DNA of 64,000 nt from Lama guanicoe (GCA_013239625.1 MU054001.1:3512167-3576166); one strand, 5' to 3'. Shown: positions 30,393-43,915, numbered from the stretch's first letter. Made by a program: numbers and translations. The notes: generated by a model not told the origin, from the sequence alone.

Positions 30393-33202
30393 TTTTCTTA
30401 TTTTATTTATTTATTTATTTATTTATAGATTACATTTTGAGAGATTTTACATATATATATAATATATATATATATATCTTGAGAACTTCATGGTCCTGGA
30501 GTTCATCCTCACTCGGGTCTAAACTCTCACACAGACATGGAGGACCCAAGAGTGTACAATCCCAGGCTGTGAATCACGCTCAGTAGAAAACACTTTCTCA
30601 GGCAGAGAAGTGATTCAGCTGATACACAAATCATTTCAAACTTCCAAAGGGGATTTTGATGAACACTTAGTTAAATTTGGATATTTGGAATCCTCTTCCC
30701 TGAGCCTTTTCTTTGAATGGAGGTTCCCCTCCTAGATGGCGTTTGCCATGTGTGAGCGTGTCTGGGGACTTCCAGGTGGAGTTAGCAGAGTCATCAAAAC
30801 CCACCCCTCTTCCCTCCTTTTGAGAAATATGCGTGTCCCTTTTATCCCAGATTTCAGTCTTTGGGACTTAACCCAACCTTCGCAGAGACAACTGGTGGAG
30901 AGACAATTTGTTATGAGACATCCCCCAGGATGATCCAAAAACCATCGGTTCAATGCAGAACAAAGGAATGTTTGCGGCTCCTTTTCTTCTACCTGCATTC
31001 TTCCTGGGGTTTATTGTAAATGGAGGAGAAGTTTAACTTGGAAATGTTTGGGATCGTGTTTCAGATATTTAAAAGATGAAAGAAAGAGCCTTCCCGAGGA
31101 GGTGCTGGGCAAGAGATGTAACACACTGGGATCAGGAATCACTTTCGGAGCTGTAACAATGGAAATGCGATCTTTAGCTAACACGGACTAGGAATTTAGA
31201 GCGGGTGAGCGTGGGCTGAGGTCAGTGATTCACGCCTGGAGATCGATTTTGTTCCTTTGACCTAGATCCCTTCTGTGTGCTGCACTTGTTGACATCCTTA
31301 CCTTCTGCAATCTTTTATGTGGCTCCTCTGCAGAGCCTCAGACCTGTGCTGAGGGGTCAGCACGGCTTCGCTTGCCGTCGCATCATCTTCGAGGAGGAAG
31401 ACGTCTCCCCTTCCCCTCATCTGCTCTCCCCGGGGTTAGATGCATCTTTGGGTTCTCTTGGGCTCTATCGCTAATGGCATAGACTGGGTCATTTGGGACG
31501 CCTGGGAGAAGGGGCAGGGGTGGGGCAGAGGGGACAGGAAAGATAGAGCTTCAAAACCGTAAGACAATTTAAAATAAGCAATCAGGGGCTGAAAGAAGCT
31601 ATGTTGGCTACAAAATAAGTACAGGAATAAAAGAGATGGATGGAAAGTCAATTCCTAGGGCTCTCTCTTCCAGGTGATGTGTGGTCTTTTATTTTTCTGC
31701 TCTTGGTCTACAACCTTTGGTTTCCAAATGCTCATCTTTTTTGTAACGTTCCATTAAAATATTGATTTGGCTGCTGCAAATGATACCAGCCAATGCTCTC
31801 AGGATCTGCTGGGTTATAGAAAGGCAGGCCCACTCCTCACTGGCAAGAGATACACATCTGCAGACACAAAGGCACCCAAATATGCAGGTGGCAGCAGAGA
31901 ACACACACACACGCGTGCACACACACAGGCACACACTTTGGAGACTGCTGTAAACTTAGGCGATGTGGCAAGTGTGATTTGTTCATATTGAACTAAATCC
32001 AAGATTCAAATCTTTGGACTGGAATGGATGTGGGTGGTGAGAATGGCAGGTTGAAAGAAGTCACTTCAAAAAATAAACAAACCTACTTCCCACTGCAGAA
32101 TTCCTCAGAATAGCGACTCCAACTCAAGTAAAAGCCACGAGGTCGGGTCTTGATTTATCATTTCAATCAGTTTCGTCTTTGATTGAACAAATACTAGGCA
32201 GCATCTGTCTGCCTGCCAGATACCACAGCGATGCCCAGTGAATATATGAGCATTGCCTTGAAGAATTAGATCTAAGTGGGCTGTAAGACAATTTTACACA
32301 TAGTTGCAGCATAAGTTATCACACCCCGGTTCAAACTGACTTTTCAAAGTATGAGTATTGGAATTGGTACTTAAGATACCTTTCAAATAGTTCCAGTCAT
32401 TGCAACTGGCCCTCCCAGTGGACCAGACAATCCAGGTTGTGGGGAACACTTTTTTTTAACTCACCTATGGACAATGGGATCTGTAAGTTGGAGTCTTTGT
32501 GAAAATGTAGGGAGCTTCCTTATCAGTGGGGCTGACAGTACTCCAATTCTAGCATTTTTAACCCCAGAATAATTTTGCCTGACACTAAAGGAAGCTGAGA
32601 ACTACAAAGGGTGAGTGATGCCACCAAGGTCACACAGCTTGTTATTTGAAAGAGTTGGGAATAGAACCCAGCATTGTACATTTTTTCCCCTTCCCCATGG
32701 CTTCCTGCCACAGTATGCTGCTTTCAAGTCAAACAAGGATCTTCCCTGAATGAAGTTTATGTGCCTCAAGACACGTCCTGATTCAGGCAGCAGAGATAAG
32801 GCAATTCCACTGAGATCAACCAGGCAAAACATGTAGAGCAAAATGCCTGCTACATAACAGCCCAAGGGACCTGAATGACCATCCGCATCTCCATCACCCT
32901 CCAGGTTTCCATCATCATGGTGCATCTGGCTTTTTAAGGAAATCCAATCTAGGCAAACCTCAACTTCAAACTGTTCATCTCACGTCTCAAAAAAAAAAAA
33001 AAAAAAAACCTTCACTTTACAAAGGTATCTTCAATGGTGTTCATTTAAATTTTCATCTGCCCTCCAAAAAATTGACACAAATGGGATATTATTGAGCAGA
33101 GGAAGACATATTTACTCTCAACTTTGAGTACATATTTGCATCACATAAGAAACGTTAACTAGATTTTCATTTGTACTGTCCACATGACAATAATAATAAA
33201 AA

Positions 33203-33311
33203 AGGACCATAAAGTCTGGAAATATATATGCTAGTTGTTTTTAAGACTGAAGATATTCTTGACCACATTATTTATTATTTGCCTACGTTTCCAGACTTTA
33301 TGGACATCCTG
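33203..33311. mobile_element. Short Tc1/mariner-type MITE with terminal inverted repeats
   Basis: Perfect 16-bp inverted repeat ccataaagtctggaaa (33207-33222) / tttccagactttatgg (33288-33303). The right end continues acatcctg then TA. Confidence 0.6.
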
Positions 33312-34799
33312 TAGATCATAAACATAGTAAAGACGAATAAATTGCTTGCCACTTTGGAGGAATTCCTAATGTTTTGCATGCTTGGTTTAAAAAAACTTGT
33401 ATTTCATGATGGAATCTCTGTGTTTATAAACAAAACCCCAAAAATTTACAGCAAAAGAAATCATTTTGACTTTCTTTCTCAATATTGGTTCCATAAACCA
33501 TGACCAGATTATGACAAATCCTAACTCGAAGGATGATTGAGTCATTTTGTTTGAGTTAGTTTAATGTGTTCAGGACTGGGCAACTTTTTTTTCCCATTTT
33601 CTCTGAACTTTGTCCTTTGAAGTTTTAAAATTTAATCATCAGGGCTAATTTTTCTTAAGCATTTCTGGACTCTACAATATGGAAAATTTTGCCCTGCTGA
33701 AATTTACTTTTCATCTCATTCCTCTGGTACATACTGAAAGTGAAAACAAGTTAATTTTGAAAAACAATTGTCTTAAACCTAAAAACTACCGAAGAGATTA
33801 CTTTTTAGTTTCGTTCTTAACAGGATCAGAGGATTATCTGTAGGTAGTAGGCCAAGTGAAAATAGGAGATGGTTTCTTAGTTTTCTGTGCCCAAATTAAA
33901 CTGTTTTCCAGGTTCTGCAATGACAAAATCATAGCCCGGGTGACCATCTGCCGGTCAATGAGTGGCCAGCGTTGGCCTGAGTCAGCTAATTGTGCGTAAT
34001 TGGGATTCTGTAGCAGAGATGACACTCCCCTCTCCAAACAAAGAAAATCACATTTGTGCTGTTTCATGTGACCACTGATCTTTCCTGGCCAACCAAAGCA
34101 GAAACTTGGGTCGTCACAAAGTCTGTGTCTGCAAATGGCCAAGACGATTGGAAGGATCGATTCTGGGCTAAGCATGAGACAATAGGCCGTGGGGGAGGGG
34201 GAAGCGAGAAAGGGCCCAGGGAATAAGCACACGATGGGGGGTGGACAGAAGGCCAGTGTGCCGTGAGGTACCTGGTGGGAGCAGGGGGAGGGGTTTGTGT
34301 GTGCAGTAGGGGTGGGGGGTGTTAGGGGTGGTGTGAGGAAGGTGTTGGGTGTGTGGGGGTGGGGGTGGTTGGGGAGAGCAGAGGTGATGACCCTGATTTC
34401 AAGATGGATGATTTATTTGTTGAAGCCCTTCTGATGAGTCAGGTACCTCAAAGGCCAGGCAGGAGCAGGGACAGCCAACCCTTAGCAAACGGGTGACTGG
34501 TTAGTGTGTTGCTAAGGGTCAGAAGGAGGGCTTGTCCTCAAGTGGCCCGGGAGGGAAGGCCCAGAGCTGTGGCAGCAGCAGGAGCACGCTGGGGACAAAG
34601 GCCATCAGTGGTTATACAGTGGAGGGCTGGATGTGGCCCTGGTACCCAGCCCGGATATCGGAAAAGAGGCATGGGGAGGGGGTGGGTCTCACACTGCCCA
34701 TCCCCCTTCTCCTAGAGAGAATGTCAACAGCTCTGTGACTGAACCTGTTCCAGCAGCACTGTTCATTCCGGCAAGAAAAACATCTTTGGTGCAGCCTTT

Positions 34800-35055
34800 A
34801 GCCCAGGATTTCTCAGTCTTGGCACCCTTGTCATTTGGGGTGGGACAGTCCTTTGTAGCAAGGACTGTCCTGTGTATTGCGGGATATTTGGCAGCATCCC
34901 TGGTCCCTACCACCCAAATGCCAGTATCTTCTTCCCCCTCCCCCCAGAATACAGCAACCAAAAATGTTTCCAGTCATGGCCAAATGTCCCCTGGCAGGGG
35001 GGTCGGAGGAGGGAATGGCAAAATCATTCCGGATTCCCAAATTGAGAACCACTGG
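34800..35055 (+). mobile_element. MER20 hAT MITE (near full length)
   Basis: tttctcagtcttggcac...ggactgtcctgtgtattgcgggatatttggcagcatccctgg...ccaaatgtcccctgg...ttgagaaccactg. Confidence 0.8.
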
Positions 35056-35154
35056 TTTGAGCCTTCAGCCACTATTTGCTGGTGTCTGCTGGGGCAGAAG
35101 AGTCTTTCCCCAAACTTAGATTGTCTGGGGAGTCACATCTGCATGGCCCCGGCT

Positions 35155-35179
35155 GTGTGTGTGTGTGTGTGTGTGTGTG
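35155..35179. repeat. (TG)12 microsatellite
   Basis: Read directly. Confidence 0.9.
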
Positions 35180-36149
35180 CATTGGCTTAGGTGTGACGGT
35201 TTGCCTGTGTGTGTACACAGTCACACGGAGCTGTTCATGTTTTATTGGCCACCTGGGAATACTCTGGAAGTCAACTGTCTCTTCCCATTTGAACCGTCAG
35301 TCCAAATTCCAAATGCACAATGCAAAGGCCACAGATTCAGGTAGAGGGGAGACACAGAGGCTGCGCAACTCAAGACCTGAGAAACCTCCACGCTGTGACA
35401 TGAGCCTGTGACTCCCTGGCAGATGCTCCGGAGCTGAGCAGCCCACTCTCACATCCCCCCATTCATCGCACACCTACTAGGTAACAGGTTCTGTGCTCCG
35501 GGGACACAGAGTGGGGAAAGCCAGTCAAGACCAGAGCCCTCAGGGGGGCTTACGTTCCAGAAGGTGGGGGCAACAGAGAAACACAAGGATCAGATGATTT
35601 CAGGGGGCCTGGCCCTTCTCTGGGTCAGACGGTCCTAGAAGCGGGGAGGGTCCAGGTCCAGACCCCTACCTCTCAAGCCCCCTTTAAGGCTGGGAGGGGC
35701 CTTGGCCATGGGTTTATATGTTTTGATGAAGTTTGCAAAAGTAAGAGGTTTTTTTCAGGAGGACCCCCAAACTGCATAAACTCCAGACCCCCACCAAACC
35801 TTGCGCTTCCTGTACATTCCAGAATCAGATCCTCTTCCAAAATAGCTCAGGGACAAGAAGGAGAAAATGTATCCAGTTTGAATTCGCCGCGGGCACAGGA
35901 AGGGGAAACAACACTCAGCCGAAAGACAAAGTAATGAGAAAACAAACGGTAGAGAGAAAACAAGCTGTCCCATCAGAGAACACTGCAATGAGAAAACAAA
36001 CCCGTATGGCGTAGTTACTGGGGACCGGACTCAGAGACTGGGGTCCCCAGATCCATACACGCCAAGGGGGAGGAAGTGACAGAAGCCTGGCGCTCCTCTC
36101 CAGAAGGCTGGGGAGGGAAGCTGCAGTTTCTGGTTAGGAGGGGCTGAGC

Positions 36150-37360
36150 AGCTGGCCAGAGCCGGCTGGCTCGAAGCTCCGGGCGGGAGGCCGGGCTCCG
36201 CGCCGTGGGCCTGCCGCCTGCCCCCAGCGCTCTCCCGGCCATTGTGCGCGCGTATCGATCCGGCCGGGAAGCAATCGGGCTGCGGCAGCTGAAGCTCTGG
36301 GGTGGGCGGCATCGATCCGGCCCCCTCCCCAGGTTATTTATAGGATGCGCCGGCCTGGCAAGTAACCGGGGAGAGCTTGTTTAACGAGGGTTCAGAGCGC
36401 TCTTCGCTAGCTGGTTAACTTTAAGTATTGGAAATGGAATTGATGCGCACATAATAATATTATGATTCATACAAACCACTTCTCAGGCAACTCAATATAT
36501 TTCATTACCTCCTTTCTAGCAAATGTATTGATTTCTGTTTTGCGGTTTTATAACACAATTTCAAGGCTGTTGTGGGCTTAATGAGCCGTGTTCTTATGAT
36601 GTTTAAAAAGATTGGAAGCTATTGTTGAAAAAAATATTATGGATCACCCCCTCCCTCTCTCCCTGCTCCCGCCTCCCTCCGCGCCGCCCCNNNNNNNNNN
36701 NNNNNNNNNNNNNNNNNNNNNNNNNNNNNNNNNNNNNNNNNNNNNNNNNNNNNNNNNNNNNNNNNNNNNNNNNNNNNNNNNNNNNNNNNNNNNNNNNNNN
36801 NNNNNNNNNNNNNNNNNNNNNNNCCCCCTCCCCGGCCCGGCCCCGGGAGGAGCCGCAGGAGGAAAGCAGGGGGCTGCAGCCCCGCGGCCTTTTGTGGCCC
36901 AGATCAAAGGACCCGAGCGCCACAAAGGCGGCCCCACTCGGGCCGCGCGGCCACACACAGCCGCACCTGCAGCGCGGCCAAATGTCATTGTCGCTTCTGC
37001 GGGGCGAGCGCGGGGGACGCACCTCCGAGGCGGCAGATGACTCTAATAACGCTTGATGGGAATTGATGGGGAGGGAGCCGCGCGGTGCCCAGGGCTTTTT
37101 ATTAGCTGCCCCGACTTCTCGAGACCGAGCCCGAGCGCCTGCACCTGTGGACCCCCTTCCTCTCCGCCTTTATGGAAGTTGACAGATTTTATTAACTTTA
37201 AGGAAGAACTTTCCAGCGTGCGGAGGGCCTCAGTTTATTTTGTATTCATGCGAAACGGAAACCGAAAAAGCCATGTTTACATATTTACCGTCCCCAGTGA
37301 CCTCCCTCTGGGACTCCTTAAGTCACGCTCCAGATTAATTTTGTCATAAAATTGACTAGT
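36150..37360. promoter_or_regulatory. Distal CpG-rich block with AT-rich core; candidate SALL1 enhancer or non-coding promoter
   Basis: Two CpG-dense arms (36150-36410 and 36660-37150) around an AT-rich, homeobox-motif-rich core. No repeat similarity recognised. Confidence 0.6.
36691..36823. other. Assembly gap (133 N)
   Basis: Run of N flanked by C-rich sequence. Confidence 1.
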
Positions 37361-40300
37361 GTGCTAAGGGATCTTGGGAGTTGGGGGGCTGCCGTTGGAT
37401 GTGTGGATTTTTTTTTCAATGGGAGAACACTATATTCAATTATCTAATATCTCCGAGGAACCCCCCAAAGACTCTCTAAATCGAGCAGAAATTGGAATTC
37501 TTTTGCGAAGCGTTTGCTCCTGGGGAGAACACATTTGCAAGCAACCCAAGTAGCCTTCCCTCTCAGCAAGGTTTCCCAAATCTTTCTGATAAACTAGAAA
37601 CAAAGGCAAGGACCAGAAGCATCTTCAAACTTAGAGAGAGTGACTTTTTTCACAGGTTTTGGGGGATGACAGTAGGGGCTTCGTGCCTGTCTTGGCTCAG
37701 ACATGGGAGGCAAAGCCCCAGCGCATCTGAAAGAAAACATGTAGGTTTTAGTAAAATGATATACATGGTTACATAATTTTATTGTGGTTTTATATAACTT
37801 CTAGGCTCACTGTAAGAATTCTCCCAAAGAGGGACACAGTATGAAGATTTTGTTTGTAGCCCTGGTTGTCCCTTGCTCGCAGGAAATTTTTAGGTTTTAT
37901 GTCTCATGACAAATGGAAGTCTGAAACTATGAAAATTCATGTTATATTAATGGCCAAGTGTTAGAAGATTCAGCCCCAGAGTCAGCTGGGTATATTGCTT
38001 ATTAGCTTAAAAGCATAAAGCTCTCTGGAGCTTCCTTTTGTGTGCCAAATAAACTTCAAATGAACCGAGAATCATTTTGCAGGAAACTCTTAAGTTGAGC
38101 GATAACAGAAAGTAGTTAACAGAAGATTACACTTTTCATTGGAGCAAACAGATGGGATGCCTGCTTTTCGATTTAATCAGGGGCTGACAGACAGGTAGGA
38201 CGCCGGCATATTTTAGCTGGAGTCTCTTTCTTTTCAGGAAAGAATGAAACTACTTAATATTCAGTATATCCGTCCCTCTGCCGGGCTCCTCCACCCACCG
38301 CGCCTCGTGATCTAGAGATGTCTAACTTTTTTTCATTTCTGATGACATTACAAAGTACAAAGATCATCTCACTGCAAGTGAATCCATTTATTAACACATC
38401 TTTTACTCTATTCTTCCCTTGCAAAAAAAAAATTTTATGAATGTGGAGGTGGAGTGTGTGTGTCTAGAGACATGGTTGAAAAATAAAACGAAGGCTGCTT
38501 AAATCACCGGGAGCACACCCGAATCTCCATTTACATAGACACAGACGTAAATAAAAGATTTAACAATTTGGGAGTCATGAGTCTCTGACCTCATGCTTTC
38601 TCAACCAACCTTTTTAAAAGATTTTGATATCAATTGTTTCTCTTTTTTCCCCCCCAGAAGCATAATACGTGGTAACCTTAGCACACACAATCTGTTTCCA
38701 CAGAGGAATACAGACAAGTGAGTCAATTGTGGATTTTAATATCGTGGTGTTACCTTACTGGAAACAAAATCTCCCCCCACCCCTTCAAATGCAGGTCCCT
38801 TGACACCCCCATCGGAGGAGATCATTTGTTATGAGGAGTTTTTGAGGCAATCAAAATTAATTCACAGTGATCTTTTCACCCAGAACCTCCAGCTTCTAAT
38901 AATGGTCTTTCTCAACAGGTGTTCATTGTGGTCGTCTGACTTCAAATCGCCAGACTAAAGGTCTTATTCTTTAGTCATTTCTTTTTTAATCTCCAACTTG
39001 TAATTTACTAATCTGTAGCAGCTGCCAAGAAGGGCCCAGCTGCTTACCAAGAGGGGACGTGTAGCCCCGAGGAGGAGGTGAGGGCAGGAGAACTTCACCT
39101 CTGGACAACCGGAGGAAGAAATGGAAATTCACGGCCTGGAGAGAGGGCACAGCCAGATGGACTGGTCCTGGTGTGGTCTCAGAAATACCTTCCTCTGAAG
39201 TTGGCCTAAAATTTTTGGTGATGATCTGATTGGTGACATCAGACCCCTTCAGGAGAGCCCTCGGAAAATGCCTGGGTCTTGCACAAGTGAGAAGGGATTT
39301 TAGCAGCAGCAAGAAGCACCACCAGAAAAAAAAAAAAAGCACCACCAGACAGAAGGAAAGGAGTTTAAAAACTTGCTTTTTTTTTTTTTTTCAGTGTGGC
39401 CAGTTTAACCAGCCCCGGCTAAGGTTCTGTCTTTGTCAGCTTTTAAATCTGCCTCCTTTTAAGGTAACTCCAGAGTGAGATGGGAGGAATTAGGTTTTAC
39501 TGCAGAGATTCTTGGACTTTACGGCTCATCAGAATTGAGCTGGGTGAATGTGTGAGAAAGGATGAGAACAGACTCCAGATTTCCAGATTGCTAGGACTGT
39601 GGGCCCCGGAGAGTCTTATATACTTGGTTGGCATGGAGCCTGGGGATGTGCATTTTAACAAGCATCATAAGGTTCTGATCCTGGGGGCCTTGAATCCCTT
39701 TTATCACAGTTAGTTGGTCCACTTGCCTCAGTAATCCCATCTCTACAATGGGTTTCCCCTCTGCGCTTCTTTAATCACGTGGTTTTTCCCACAGAATGCA
39801 GTGAGGGCTGGTACACTTGGGGGTGGTTTGGGGCACTGTTCCAGGTAAGGGGAGGTTTTCTTCCTAAGGAGATGACATCTGCACAGTAGAGGATAGACAG
39901 CTTCATGAAGAGGCAACCACCTTTGCCAGGCAATAAATCTTGGCCTCCTGTTTGTTTGTTGCAAACGATGTCTGCTTGTTGGTTAGCTCTGGGGTGATAT
40001 CTGAGAGGACATGGCCCACGCAGAGTCTTGCACAAAGCCTGGCACTAAAGGCAGATCCTACTCTGACCTTGGGGAATGGTGGCCCACCAATGCAGGCTTC
40101 TGCCTTGTCATAGCCTAGAAGTCAACTTTCTGCAAGGGGTCTGAAAGGAGAGAGGGTGACGTTCGGTTTCCTGTATGCCCCAAGACTCACAGAAAGAAAA
40201 TATGGATTTCTTTGGTACGTGCTGGAAGGAATAGACACGGACCCAGGCAGCTTCCCAAACCAGACATCTCATGAGAGTTCAAAGCGAAGATGGAGCATCT

Positions 40301-41599
40301 GGAAACACTAGAAAAGCAACACAGAGATCTCATTGTCCCGTTGACCACCTTTCCCTGGAGGCCAAGCCTCCATGGAATAATCACTATTTGGGAGGCAGGA
40401 TGTGCCTTTGAACCTGCGTTCGGGAGACAGTCCCTCCTTAGCCTTTTAGCTCGGTTTTTCCCTTGTGAAGGTCCCCCTGGATCCGTTCAGACCTTAATTA
40501 TGGCTGTAAAAACTGTGCAGGGAGCAAAGCTGTGTTGATGCGTGTGTCACACGGTGTCTTCTCGGCAACATTTGTCCACACGTGGAGCAGCAGAGCTGCT
40601 CTGAGTGCTGATGGGCATTGATTTTGTAATACATGAGCGACTTCGTTTGTTCTGTTCTCCTGCGCCTCTTTCCTCTGGTGGGGAGCGTGGGAAGGTTTCT
40701 TGGGCCCCAAACACTAGGGGACCCCCTCCTGCACCAACAGCCTGCAGAAATCAATTTGCCAGCCTCACGTCTGGATTGCACAAGGCAGCACCCATATATT
40801 TCAAGGGAGGGAAGATGCTTGCCAGTCTCTCAAAAAAAATGTGCTTTTTTTCCTTAACCTTTGTGAGAACTGGTCTATGGTGGACATTGCTGAAGGGCAC
40901 TTGAAAGAGATTTCTCAGTGGAAACTGCCATATTGGGTAGATTCTGCAGCCTGCAGGGTTTGGGGACTGACATGTCTGGAGGGATCGGCTGCTGTCAGCC
41001 TGGAGAAGTGGGTAGATGGCCTACTCAGCATGATTTATCTGTGTATTTATAAATATGTACGTGCATACTTTATTGTATGCCAGCTCCATATTTGGAAGGT
41101 CTCAGCAAAGATGACCTTCACTGGACAGATGAGGAAGCCAAGGCCCTGAGAGGGGAAGACTTTTGCTCAAGGTAACACAGCAAGTTTGAGGACACATTAC
41201 TTAAAGGGTAGGAGCCATCTTTTGACCTGCCATTCAGAGACTTTAATCTGTGAAACTATTAAATTCTTATTAGGGGGATGATTATACATTTTTTGATCCA
41301 CCAATGTTTCCCAAGAACTTGTATTTATATTAGCATTTATTCGAGTCATTCATTCTTTCCTTCAGTCGTTCAGCAAATACTATTGAGGATCTAGCCTGAG
41401 CCAGGCACATAGGAGCTGGGGTTACAATGATGAGCAAAGCGGATGTGGTTTGTGCTCTCATGGAATTTTTGGTCTCATGCAGAAAATAAACATGAAACAA
41501 AAAATTACACCTAACTAAGTAATTGCAGTCATGATAAGTGATCCAAAGGGAGTTTGTGGTGTTTTATAAAGACCTGACCAAGAGTCAGAGTAAAGCCAA

Positions 41600-41900
41600 G
41601 TGTATCAGCTAGGTTAGGTTATGTTTTGCTATGTGACAAATAGCCCCCAAACCTCAGGGGTTAACAGAACGTGTTTGTTTCTCCCCCATGTAGATCTGTT
41701 CCTTGTGTTCACTCAGGAAATAATTGAGTGAGGCTCTGTCTCAACCTAGCCTCCACAATCATAGGAGGAAGAAATGCATTTCAGGGTTTCTTCCTGGAGG
41801 CAACACACATCACTTCTGGCCACATTCCATCGCCAGGTCAAGTCACATGGCCACAGCTAACTTGGAGGGTTGGGGGGCATTCTCCCTGTGCCCAGAGGAG
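41600..41900 (-). mobile_element. MaLR LTR (MLT1J/K-like)
   Basis: tgtatcagctagg...tgtgacaaatagcccccaaacctcagg...catcacttctggccacattccat...agtcacatggccaca. Confidence 0.65.
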
Positions 41901-43639
41901 ATCCAGAATGCCTACCAGGAAGGGGTGGGGACAGCTGCTCTGCTTTTTTGCGGGGATCTGAATTGTGCATCAGAGTTGACCAGGGAAAGGTTAACATTAT
42001 GATAGTGTTGGGGAGTGGCTAGAAAGTGGCAGCAGCTTCTGTGCAGGCCCTGAGGTAGGAAGCAGCCCATTTGACCCTGTTTGAGCAGCAGAAGGAAGGC
42101 CAGATTAGTTAGAACCCAGTGGGCAAGGGGAAAGTGACTCCCATACCAGCGGGACCCATAGGGAATTAGATGCCAACGGATGATTATTAGTCATACCCAG
42201 GGGAGGAGAGGGACCAGGCGGTGTTCACTTTGGCTTCAGTATGAGGGACAAGTGGGTAGAGAGAGAGGCTTCAAGGAGCAGATGCCCATGCATCACGGCA
42301 TACCTGCAAGGCGGGTAAATGCCCATTGTATTAGAATGAAACTAGGGGCCAGGGAGATGAGATGCTCGGCTGGAGATTTGTAGCTGGTAAGTATCTCTGG
42401 ACCCATGATTCCAAGCTTCTCCTTCAGACTCAGACAGTGCCTGGTCCCCACTGCCCACAGGGGCCTCCCCGCAATGTTGGAAGAGGCTTCCACATCTTGC
42501 ATCCTCCCTCAGCTCCCCGGGGCTGGGCAGTGCTCCCGATGGCAGGACTCACTCACGTTATATCAAATGCAATGTTTAGGCAAAGCAAGCTATTCATATT
42601 TCTGATTGCGAAGGAGCTCCTCTGTGTCATGCTTCTGAGAAAACTTCTAAGAGATGATATTGTATCAACAAGGATGAAATGTTGGGGACATCAAAGAGAA
42701 CGTTTAGAAATGGCTGCTGGAAAAACCAGGGATGCTTTTTCCAGGCTGAGCCCCCATCTCCCAATTAGCACACAAAAACATTTTTAAAGGCATAACCTTT
42801 GCTAATAAAATGCTATAATCTCAATAAGACAGTTCAGCAGGGGAATTATTAGATATTAATTCATGCCTAGTTGCACTGACAGCTGTCGGCCGTCAACGCT
42901 AGCCTAATAGCCCACTAGGTGAGAATTAATATGCCATAATTCACGCTCTGTCATGCGTTATTGCTTAAATAAGATACATGAAGAATAACCTATTCTGGCG
43001 AAATAACTGGGATTCTCAGAGTTCTCCTGGCCAAGTTATAAATAGTGATGTTAGGATCCAGAAATCTTTTTTTTTGTATTACTAAATTTGAAATAAATTG
43101 CATATATGTATCCCCATCTGTAATTACTGTGAACATTTTTCTTAAGTACTGACATTAAGTTCAGTCATATTCCATGTTTTAAAATTGGACTTAAGCAAAA
43201 TCACATAATTTTCTGGTGACCAAAATAGAAGTTTCTTTCCTCCATATATAATTGTACCTGGTGCTCTGGCATGGGATAATTCATACAGATGATGGCTTAA
43301 GAGAGGCGAGATGGCCTGACTTAGAGGGCTACCAAATAGAAACAGTGGGGTGTGAGGATATTTTATTCATGTTTATGAAGAGTTTGTGTTTCCCTGGACA
43401 ATTATAGGTAGTCATGAATGCCTGTTATCTTAGCAAGGGTGTGAAGTAGGAAGCAATCCCTGTCCTCCAGAAGCTTTGAGCCTCATGAAAGGGACGTATT
43501 GATGTAGGTGGCACATGAACATTCTCATAAGGTAATAGCTAAGAAAATGCCAAGATATGAAAAGGAAGACCACGAGTAAGTTGAGAGAGCTCTGTAGGCA
43601 AAGCAGTAGACTCAGAGCTATGAGATGAATCGTTCATAA

Positions 43640-43915
43640 GTCATTCAGGTGTCTATCGTTCATTCATTGAGCACCCTACCCTGAGCCAGTCCCTGGGATG
43701 GACACTGAGCATACAAAGAAGCTGGCAGTCTGGTGAGGGAGATGGGCACTTAGATAGCCATGATCCCCTATGACAAAAGTAAAAACCAGTGTAACACGAG
43801 GGAGTAGTGCCTTTCTCAGACTAGCAGTGGTGAGTTGATCAAGGAAAGCTTTCCAGAATAGGTGACACCTGAGATGAGTCTTAAAGGCTGTGTAAGAATT
43901 AGCCAGATAAAGTAT
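43640..43915 (-). mobile_element. L2 fragment, interrupted further on by an LTR
   Basis: ttcattcattgagcacc...gatcaaggaaagctttccagaataggtgacacctgagatgagtcttaaagg. Confidence 0.6.

Noticed and set aside
36603..37056. ORFs spanning X runs
   Set aside because: They stay open only because they cross the 133-N assembly gap.
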